Below are positions 57,377 to 64,000 of a stretch of DNA of 64,000 nucleotides, in pieces; positions within the stretch are counted from its first letter, which is position 1, and every line of letters starts with the position of its first letter. The stretch is from an uncultured Aquiluna sp. (GTDB lineage Bacteria; Actinomycetota; Actinomycetes; Actinomycetales; Microbacteriaceae). Made by a program: the position numbers and the translations under genes. A model generated the notes under the pieces. That model worked only from the letters and a program-made list of their open reading frames with translations, was not told the DNA's origin and ran no database searches. The stretch covers positions 1,065,135 through 1,129,134 of the forward strand of contig CAJYLB010000001.1 of assembly GCA_913775595.1 (NCBI GenBank). Reading direction: 5' to 3'.

Positions 57377-58492
57377 GTGACCCCCGCAAACGAGCCAATG
57401 CTGCAGCTATTGGCGCCCGATGGCAGTTACGGGGTGGAAAAGCCTTTTTCTCGGTATGGCGAAGTCATCGATTCTCTCGGCGAAGACCAGCTGAGGACTT
57501 TTTATCGAGACATGGCGAGAATTCGCAGGTTTGACCAGGAGGCCATAGCGCTCCAGCGCCAGGGACAACTCGGGCTTTGGGTTCCTGCAATTGGCCAAGA
57601 AGCGGCGCAAATCGGCTCAGGCTACGCCGTTGGTCAGAACGACCACATCTTCCCAAGCTACCGCGAGCACGGAGTAGCGATCACTCACGGGGTTGAGTTG
57701 ATGTCAATTCTCAAGATGATGCGGGGGGTGAACCACGGCGGCTGGAATCCGGAGGAGACCCGCTTCCACCTCTATGCGATTGTTCTGGGTTCGCAGGTTC
57801 TGCACGCCGTTGGCTATGCAATGGGCGTGAAGCTGGATGGCAAGGTCGGCACTGGAGATTTGGAGAACGACCTCGCTGTCATTTCTTACTTTGGCGATGG
57901 CGCAACCGCTGAGGGAGATGTCTCGGAGTCGCTGCTGTTTGCAGCGGTGAACGAGGCTCCGATTGTCTTTTTCGTCCAAAACAATCAGTGGGCGATCTCT
58001 TCAAACATCGCATCACAGACCAAAGTTCCGCTCTATCGGCGAGGCGAGGGATTCGGAGTCCCCGGTCTGCGGGTTGATGGAAACGATGTTCTTGCCTGCT
58101 ATGCCGCAACGAAGATTCACATGGACGAGGCGAGAGAGGGCAAGGGCCCCTATCTCTTGGAGGCCCTCACCTATCGAATCGGTGCCCACACCACAAGCGA
58201 TGACCCATCCAAGTATCGGGACGAGAGCGAGGTCGAGTACTGGCGTCAGCGCGACCCCATTGCCAGGTTCGAGGTCTTCCTTCGTCGCCAGGGAGTCGAA
58301 GACTCTTTCTTCGAAGAGGTAGCCGAGGCCGGAGATGAGCTTGCGCGCGATATTCGCGAGCAGACTTTCGCCCTTCCCAAGCCTCCTCTTGAGAGCATCT
58401 TTGACAATGTTTACTCAGATGATCACCCCGAGATAACCGCTCAGCGAGCTTGGCTCAGGGCCTATGAAGACCAGATGGGTGAGCATGAGTAA
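57377..58492 (+). CDS. 2-oxoacid (pyruvate/branched-chain) dehydrogenase E1 component subunit alpha
   Basis: TPP-binding YFGDGATAEGD...N motif. Start chosen as GTG 57377 (ATG 57398 is also possible), because the track start overlaps the divergent gene. Confidence 0.88.
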   Translation: MTPANEPMLQLLAPDGSYGVEKPFSRYGEVIDSLGEDQLRTFYRDMARIRRFDQEAIALQRQGQLGLWVPAIGQEAAQIGSGYAVGQNDHIFPSYREHGVAITHGVELMSILKMMRGVNHGGWNPEETRFHLYAIVLGSQVLHAVGYAMGVKLDGKVGTGDLENDLAVISYFGDGATAEGDVSESLLFAAVNEAPIVFFVQNNQWAISSNIASQTKVPLYRRGEGFGVPGLRVDGNDVLACYAATKIHMDEAREGKGPYLLEALTYRIGAHTTSDDPSKYRDESEVEYWRQRDPIARFEVFLRRQGVEDSFFEEVAEAGDELARDIREQTFALPKPPLESIFDNVYSDDHPEITAQRAWLRAYEDQMGEHE

Positions 58493-59468
58493 CTATCAGG
58501 AGATGGCAATCGCAAAGGCCATAAATGCTGGCCTGCGCAGGGCGATGCAAAAGGACGAGAAGGTCCTGGTTTTTGGCGAGGATGTTGCGAGGCTAGGTGG
58601 GGTTTTCCGAGTAACCGAGGGTCTGCTGGATGAATTCGGCGAGAGCCGTATCTTCAACTCCCCGATTGCAGAATCGGGCATTGTTGGCACCGCCATTGGA
58701 CTTGCAATGCGCGGATATCGCTCAGTTGCCGAAATTCAATTTGATGGTTTTGTTTTTCCTGCGTTCAATCAGATAACTTCGCAGCTTGCCAGGCTCACCT
58801 ATCGTTCCGAGGGTTTCCAGCAGATGCCGGTCGTAATTCGTATTCCGGTTGGTGGAGGGATTGGGGCCGTAGAGCACCACTCCGAGAGCCCAGAAGCATA
58901 CTTTGCCCACACCCCGGGGCTCAGAATCGTCTCCCCATCAAACCCAAACGATGCCTACTGGATGATTCAGCAATCAATAGAGTCGCTAGATCCAGTGATC
59001 TTCCTGGAGCCAAAGCGCCGCTACTGGCAAAAGGGACCGGTGAATCTCGATACCGCTCCTCTACCTCTCCACTCCGCAAGATTGCTGAGAGAGGGAAGTG
59101 ATTTGACCCTAATTGCTCACGGACCCATGGTCGCAACAGCACTCCAGGCTGCGGAGCTGGGTGCCGAGGAAGGAGTCAACATCGAGGTGATCGACCTCAG
59201 GTCGCTATCGCCGGTTGATTACCCGACGCTCCTAGCTTCCGTCCAGAAGACTTCAAGAGTGGTTATAGCTCAGGAGGCCCCGAACAACGTGAGCCTAGGC
59301 TCGGAGATTGCTGCACGCATTGCCGAGCAGGCCTACTACTACCTCGAAGCACCGGTGCTGCGGGTCGGTGGTTTCGACACTCCATACCCCCCGGCGAAGC
59401 TCGAGGAGGAGTACCTGCCAGATGCAGACCGCATTCTGGAGGCCGTTGATAGGGTTTTGGCTTACTAG
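58485..59468 (+). CDS. 2-oxoacid dehydrogenase E1 component subunit beta
   Basis: Start at MSNYQEMAIAKAINAG (ATG 58485, overlapping the alpha stop). Transketolase-like pyrimidine-binding and C-terminal domains. Confidence 0.9.
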   Translation: MSNYQEMAIAKAINAGLRRAMQKDEKVLVFGEDVARLGGVFRVTEGLLDEFGESRIFNSPIAESGIVGTAIGLAMRGYRSVAEIQFDGFVFPAFNQITSQLARLTYRSEGFQQMPVVIRIPVGGGIGAVEHHSESPEAYFAHTPGLRIVSPSNPNDAYWMIQQSIESLDPVIFLEPKRRYWQKGPVNLDTAPLPLHSARLLREGSDLTLIAHGPMVATALQAAELGAEEGVNIEVIDLRSLSPVDYPTLLASVQKTSRVVIAQEAPNNVSLGSEIAARIAEQAYYYLEAPVLRVGGFDTPYPPAKLEEEYLPDADRILEAVDRVLAY

Positions 59469-59477
59469 GGAGAGACC

Positions 59478-60776
59478 ATGAGCATTGCTAAGTTCCCACT
59501 CCCCGATGTCGGGGAGGGCCTCACTGAGGCCGAGATCGTATCTTGGCGCGTAGCTCCCGGAGACAAGGTCGCTGTCAATCAGACGATCTGCGAGATTGAA
59601 ACCGCGAAGTCTGTGGTTGAGCTTCCCTGCCCTTTCGAGGGTGAGGTTTCGGAGCTCTTAGCCGCTGAGGGCGACACCGTTGAGGTGGGAACGCCAATTA
59701 TTGCGGTTGTGGTTGAGGGCAAGGCACCTGTTTTGACCGAGCCAGACGCGCCAGCAAATGAGCCCGAGAGTGACACCGGCGCTGAATACAAACTTCCAAA
59801 CCTTGTCGGTTACGGAGACCAGGGGGATGTTAAGTCGCGCAGGAAGCGGGCAGTGAATACTGCCCCAATCTCCACCGCAATCCCAGTCTCAATGGTCAAG
59901 GCCGCGGCTGCATCGGATGCAGTAATGGCCAAGCCGCCCATTCGGAAGCTCGCCAAAGAGCTCGGGGTGGAACTTGCGAACGTGACCGGCACCGGCATGC
60001 ACGGGGAGATTACCCGCGAGGATGTTGTCGGCTCTGCCTCCCAGGCCTCGGTGTTTAAGAACCTCACTACTCCGGCTCAGCCGAGCGAGCGCGAAGAGCG
60101 ACTTCCTGTCAAGGGAGTCCGCAAGGCAATCGCAACTGCGATGGTCAAGAGCGCCTTCACTGCTCCTCACGTGAGCATTTTTGTTGACGTCGATGCCACC
60201 AGAACCATGGAGTATGTGAAGCGGCTAAAGTCCTCTGTTGACTTCGCCGGCATCAAGGTCACGCCGCTTCTCATCATGGCCAAGGCAATCATCTGGGCTG
60301 TGAGGCGCAACCCAATGGTTAACTCGACCTGGACAGACAAAGAGATCATCGTCCACAACTTCGTAAACCTGGGCATTGCCGCTGCAACACCAAGGGGCCT
60401 CATCGTCCCAAACATCAAAGACGCCGACTCAATGAACATGCTTGAGCTTGCCCAGTCGATTGAGCAACTCGCTGCAACCGCTCGAGACGGCAAAACCACA
60501 CCCGAGGACATGGCTGAGGGAACCATAACCATCACCAACATTGGTGTTTTCGGCGTGGACACCGGAACACCGATCTTGAACCCCGGGGAAGTTTCCATCG
60601 TTGCCCTCGGCTCAATTCGCAAGAAGCCCTGGGTTGTTGATGACGAGATTGTCGTGAGGCAAATCACAACAATCGGTGCAACCTTTGATCACCGGGTTGT
60701 GGACGGTGATGTGGCATCAAGATTCGTGCAGGACGTAGCAAGTGTCATCGAGGAGCCAGCGCTTCTTCTCGACTAA
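59478..60776 (+). CDS. dihydrolipoamide acyltransferase E2 component
   Basis: Lipoyl domain ([12 protein letters not shown]), Ala/Pro linker, E1/E3-binding domain ([12 protein letters not shown]) and catalytic DHRVVDG. Confidence 0.92.
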   Translation: MSIAKFPLPDVGEGLTEAEIVSWRVAPGDKVAVNQTICEIETAKSVVELPCPFEGEVSELLAAEGDTVEVGTPIIAVVVEGKAPVLTEPDAPANEPESDTGAEYKLPNLVGYGDQGDVKSRRKRAVNTAPISTAIPVSMVKAAAASDAVMAKPPIRKLAKELGVELANVTGTGMHGEITREDVVGSASQASVFKNLTTPAQPSEREERLPVKGVRKAIATAMVKSAFTAPHVSIFVDVDATRTMEYVKRLKSSVDFAGIKVTPLLIMAKAIIWAVRRNPMVNSTWTDKEIIVHNFVNLGIAAATPRGLIVPNIKDADSMNMLELAQSIEQLAATARDGKTTPEDMAEGTITITNIGVFGVDTGTPILNPGEVSIVALGSIRKKPWVVDDEIVVRQITTIGATFDHRVVDGDVASRFVQDVASVIEEPALLLD

Positions 60777-60783
60777 TTGCAAT

Positions 60784-60798
60784 TGACAATCATTTTCA
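60784..60798. promoter_or_regulatory. candidate Zur box upstream of znuA
   Basis: TGACAAT-C-ATTTTCA is an AT-rich 7-1-7 inverted repeat with one mismatch. It lies 20 nt before the znuA start and resembles actinobacterial Zur operators. Confidence 0.5.
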
Positions 60799-60818
60799 AT
60801 AGCAAATAGACTCTGCTC

Positions 60819-61844
60819 ATGCGCTCATGGATAAAAATCATCGGTTCAGCCCTGACCGTAGCCTTCTTGGCTGCCGGTCTTTACACAATCTTCGTAAACT
60901 TCACCACCACCGGAGACCCAGAGGGTGACCCGTCTGCCCAGCCCTCGCCAACCCTTACCCGGGAGGGTGAGACCGGCGCCATTCAGGTCGCCACATCCAC
61001 AAATGTTTGGGCATCCGTCGTAGGGATTCTTGGTGCAGAGTGGGTGGAGGTCACCGCGATAATCGACGACCCATTTCAAGACCCCCATTCTTACGAAGCA
61101 TCAGCCAGGGATCAGCTGACCCTGAGCGAAGCCGAGTTGGTAATCGCCAACGGTGGTGGCTATGACGAGTTTGTCGGGCAGCTGCTGGCCGCCCTTGATG
61201 GCGAGAGGATCTTTTTAGAGCTTGTTGAGGGAGAGCACACTCACCTGGGTGAAGAAGACCACTCGGAGGAGCATGCGGATGAGGATCACGCCGATGAGGA
61301 CCACTCCGATGAGCACGAGCACGGCAATGAGCACATCTGGTACGACATCCATGCCGTGGAAGAGGCCTCAGAGATGATCGTTGAGGCAATCACTGAGTTA
61401 AGGCCTGAGAGCTTCGACCGCGTCAACCAGAACTTCGACTTCTTCATGGCTGAGCTGGAGAACCTTGAGATCCGCCTTGAAGCGCTTCGCGAGAAGGCCC
61501 TCGGGCTCGGGTTCATTGCGACCGAGGGGGTTGGAAACCTACTTCTCGATGAGGCGGGTTTCATCAACCAGACTCCCGAGGCTCTAGCTGACGCAATCGA
61601 GGAGGAAAGGGAGGTCCCAGCAGCTTCGTTGAAGCAGGCCGAGGACCTCATTTCTGGCAAGGTTGTTTCATTAGTTGTTGTCAACGAACAGCAGCTCGAT
61701 CAGGTGAGTGACCTGCTTGTGGAGGCAGCTAATGCCGCCGGGGTTCCAGTGGTTGAGCTGAGCGAGCTGATTTCCAAGCCGGGCATGGATTACCTCGACT
61801 GGATGGCCTCAATCCTCGACCAGTTACAAGAGGCCGTTTACTAA
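60819..61844 (+). CDS. znuA: zinc/metal ABC transporter substrate-binding protein with His/Asp/Glu-rich loop
   Basis: 341 aa. N-terminal TM/signal anchor and central loop HSEEHADEDHADEDHSDEHEHGNEH. Cluster-9 binding-protein context. Confidence 0.8.
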   Translation: MRSWIKIIGSALTVAFLAAGLYTIFVNFTTTGDPEGDPSAQPSPTLTREGETGAIQVATSTNVWASVVGILGAEWVEVTAIIDDPFQDPHSYEASARDQLTLSEAELVIANGGGYDEFVGQLLAALDGERIFLELVEGEHTHLGEEDHSEEHADEDHADEDHSDEHEHGNEHIWYDIHAVEEASEMIVEAITELRPESFDRVNQNFDFFMAELENLEIRLEALREKALGLGFIATEGVGNLLLDEAGFINQTPEALADAIEEEREVPAASLKQAEDLISGKVVSLVVVNEQQLDQVSDLLVEAANAAGVPVVELSELISKPGMDYLDWMASILDQLQEAVY

Positions 61845-62636
61845 TTGAGCCTGCTCTCTATTGAATCTGCGAGCTTGGAGTTTGACTCCAAGCGGCTCTG
61901 GCACGAGCTAAGCCTTGAGGTTCGAGAGGGAGAGTTCATAGCGCTGATTGGGCCCAATGGCTCTGGCAAGTCGATGCTGCTCAAAAGCATTGTTGGTTCT
62001 CAAAAGCTATCTGGAGGCAAGATTTCGTTTTTAGGTGCCCAGCCGGGCACTAAAAACTCAGAGCTGGGCTACATCCCGCAGCACAGGGCCACAGATGCTG
62101 GATTACCACTCAGGGTTAGCGACTGTGTTGGCTTTGGTCTTGATGGCCACCTCCCCGGCCTGCCGCTCAATTCCTCCGCAAGAAAGCAGCGAATTGCCGA
62201 CGCTCTAGAGCAGGTTGATGCCCTATCGCTTGCAGGCGAGACCCTAGGGTCACTCTCAGGTGGAGAGATGCAGCGGGTTCGGGTTGCCCAGGCAATCATT
62301 TCCAGGCCCAAGCTGCTGCTTGCCGATGAGCCACTTAGTGCTCTGGATCTGAACCACCAGATGAAAATAAGTGAGCTGATTGACGAGCAAAGGCGCGAGC
62401 TTGGTAGCGCGGTGATCTTCGTCACTCACGATCTAAACCCGATTATTGACTTTGTCGATCGCGTTGTCTACATCGCAGAGGGCCGTCACACAATAGGAAC
62501 CCCGGATGAGGTGATGCGGTCTGACGTGCTGTCTGAGCTTTATGGCGCGGACATCGACGTTGTGAGAAACCAGGGCAGGGTCGTGGTCCTAGGCGCCCAC
62601 GACCACGAGCACCACGAAGACGAGCGGTGGCACTAG
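61845..62636 (+). CDS. znuC: zinc/metal ABC transporter ATP-binding protein
   Basis: Walker A GPNGSGKS, LSGGEMQRV, LLLADEP. TTG start abutting the znuA stop. Confidence 0.85.
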   Translation: MSLLSIESASLEFDSKRLWHELSLEVREGEFIALIGPNGSGKSMLLKSIVGSQKLSGGKISFLGAQPGTKNSELGYIPQHRATDAGLPLRVSDCVGFGLDGHLPGLPLNSSARKQRIADALEQVDALSLAGETLGSLSGGEMQRVRVAQAIISRPKLLLADEPLSALDLNHQMKISELIDEQRRELGSAVIFVTHDLNPIIDFVDRVVYIAEGRHTIGTPDEVMRSDVLSELYGADIDVVRNQGRVVVLGAHDHEHHEDERWH

Positions 62637-63481
62637 TGGATTTCTCAGACGTCATAAATTTCTCGGATTACGACAAGCTTTTGCCGCTCGTCACTCACTC
62701 GCTGATTGCCGGAGCTTTGCTGGCCTTGATTGGTGGATTAGTCGGAGTATTTGTCATGAACCGAGAGCTCTCATTTGCGGTTCACGGAATCTCCGAGCTT
62801 TCCTTTGCGGGCGCCGCAGTCTTTTTGCTCGTTGGGCTCGATGTCGTCCTGGGATCGGTCATTGGGTCGCTTACGGCCGCCGGAATCATTGCCTTTCTGG
62901 GAGATCGAGCTAGAGATCGAAACTCCATAGTTGCGGTGCTGATGCCGTTCGGCTTGGGCATCGGGATTCTTGCCCTTGCCCTCTATCCGGGGAGGGCAGC
63001 CAATAAGTTTGGTCTGCTTACCGGACAGATCGTGGCGGTTGACGACCCGAAGCTCGGGGCAATGGCCCTTATCTCGGCAATCGTCCTGGTTTCTCTGGTG
63101 CTGATGTGGCGGCCGCTGACCTTTGCCTCCCTGGATGCCGAGGTGGCTGCCGCTAGAGGAGTAAAGACAACCTTCTTGGGTATTGCCTTTGTAATGCTTT
63201 TGGGTCTGGCGGTGGCGGCCGCGGTTCAAATTGTTGGGGCCTTGCTGGTTCTAGCTCTGCTGGTTACCCCTGCGGCCGCTGCGCTGAGGCTTTCATCTAG
63301 TCAACTTTGGGTGCCAGTGATGAGCGTGTTGTTTGCCATGGCTGCCATGGTTGGCGGCACCCTGTTGGCACTTGGTGGGACTCTTCCCATCTCTCCTTAC
63401 GTGACTACGATTTCCTTCACTATCTATTTGATTGCCAGGCTCATTGCCTGGGCCAAGGCAAAGCGGGAGGTGGTTAGGTGA
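62627..63481 (+). CDS. znuB: zinc/metal ABC transporter permease
   Basis: 284 aa with about 8 TM helices. 10-nt overlap with znuC. Confidence 0.85.
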   Translation: MALVDFSDVINFSDYDKLLPLVTHSLIAGALLALIGGLVGVFVMNRELSFAVHGISELSFAGAAVFLLVGLDVVLGSVIGSLTAAGIIAFLGDRARDRNSIVAVLMPFGLGIGILALALYPGRAANKFGLLTGQIVAVDDPKLGAMALISAIVLVSLVLMWRPLTFASLDAEVAAARGVKTTFLGIAFVMLLGLAVAAAVQIVGALLVLALLVTPAAAALRLSSSQLWVPVMSVLFAMAAMVGGTLLALGGTLPISPYVTTISFTIYLIARLIAWAKAKREVVR

Positions 63482-63861
63482 CCGAGAAACGAAACACCTG
63501 GCAAAAGACCGCGGTTTTAGACGAGCTTTCAAACACGGAGGAGTTTGTCTCCGCCCAGGAGCTGCATCAAAAGATCTCTCAATCTGGGAAGAAGCTTGGG
63601 CTAACCACTGTCTACAGGGCACTCACCGAGATGGTTGAGCAGGGTCTGGCCGACTCATTGAGCCTCTCTGACGGCGAGATGCGCTACCGAATCTGCACCC
63701 CAGAGCACCACCACCACCTGATTTGCAGGGTTTGTGGCAAAACGGTTGAGTTTGACCTCCCTGGGTTTGAGGAGCTTGCCCAATCCGTTGCGCAGCAGAA
63801 CTCGTTTACTGAGCTGTCTCACGAGATTGAGCTCTTTGGGATTTGCAAAGATTGCGGGTAA
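63478..63861 (+). CDS. zur: Fur family transcriptional regulator (Zur-like)
   Basis: 127 aa wHTH. HHHHLICRVCGK...CKDCG has two CxxC pairs. 4-nt overlap with znuB. Confidence 0.82.
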   Translation: MTEKRNTWQKTAVLDELSNTEEFVSAQELHQKISQSGKKLGLTTVYRALTEMVEQGLADSLSLSDGEMRYRICTPEHHHHLICRVCGKTVEFDLPGFEELAQSVAQQNSFTELSHEIELFGICKDCG

Positions 63862-63973
63862 TTAGGACTTGCTTTTGGAGCGAGATTCCTCCTAAACTTG
63901 GGGGGTTGCACGGGCCAAGGCCCGAACAATCCCAAACAATTTGCTTCGGGTAAACGCGCCCCTAGGAGGAGAA

Positions 63974-64000
63974 ATGGCAGCCTACTGCCAGGTGACGCAG
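63974..64000 (+). CDS. rpmB: 50S ribosomal protein L28, first 9 codons only (runs off the window)
   Basis: GGAGGAG RBS, then ATG at 63974 giving MAAYCQVTQ. Compare the E. coli L28 start MSRVCQVTGK. Confidence 0.55.

Noticed and set aside
57371-57382. GGTCACGTGACC palindrome, considered as a third parS
   Set aside because: It shares only the central CACGTG with parS and lacks the TGTTTC/GAAACA arms. It may be a minor regulatory palindrome at the E1-alpha start, but there is no support for ParB binding.
61250-61335. Repetitive GAG/GAT/CAC codon stretch that looks like a tandem repeat or VNTR
   Set aside because: It is in frame and encodes the His/Asp/Glu-rich metal-binding loop typical of ZnuA-type binding proteins. 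It is not a non-coding repeat.

Overview
This window looks like the chromosomal replication-origin region of a high-GC Gram-positive bacterium, probably a streamlined Micrococcales/Microbacteriaceae-like genome. I estimate about 52-56% G+C by eye, and many genes overlap their neighbours by 1, 4 or 8 nt. The core of the window is rpmH-rnpA-yidD-yidC-jag-rsmG-parA-parB on the + strand, diverging from dnaA-(oriC)-dnaN-recF-dciA-gyrB-gyrA-DUF3566-tRNA-Ile-tRNA-Ala on the - strand. The left end carries the cell-wall and Ser/Thr-kinase block (rodA-pbpA-pknA-pknB, trpG, crgA, rhomboid, ppiA). The right half carries ddl plus an aminotransferase, trxA/trxB, murJ, a NUDIX gene, cca, rpsF-ssb-rpsR-rplI, dnaB, purB, a 2-oxoacid dehydrogenase E1a/E1b/E2 operon, znuACB-zur and the first codons of rpmB. 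Between ppiA and tRNA-Ala sits a roughly 21-kb accessory block. It contains a TetR regulator with an ABC-2 exporter, an Opu-type betaine/choline ABC importer, an IclR/SDR/MFS/Gfo-Idh-MocA cluster with tRNA-Gly, a beta-oxidation operon, a wHTH/SbtA-like/P-II-like operon, a Kef-type antiporter and a nitroreductase. I found no CRISPR array, transposase, integrase, rRNA or obvious defence system, and no convincing multi-gene novel system. Four items deserve a second look. (1) A 21-nt perfect repeat of the tRNA-Ala 3' end, about 60 nt if the imperfect terminator copy is included, brackets an 0.8-kb lower-GC islet with one orphan membrane ORF. (2) A dense, co-oriented DnaA-box cluster lies in the rplI-dnaB spacer, about 16 kb from oriC. 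(3) A translationally coupled wHTH/SbtA-like/P-II-like operon is present. (4) An orphan HicB-like HTH protein heads the fatty-acid oxidation operon. All calls rest on reading the ORF translations and the raw sequence; no database search was run.
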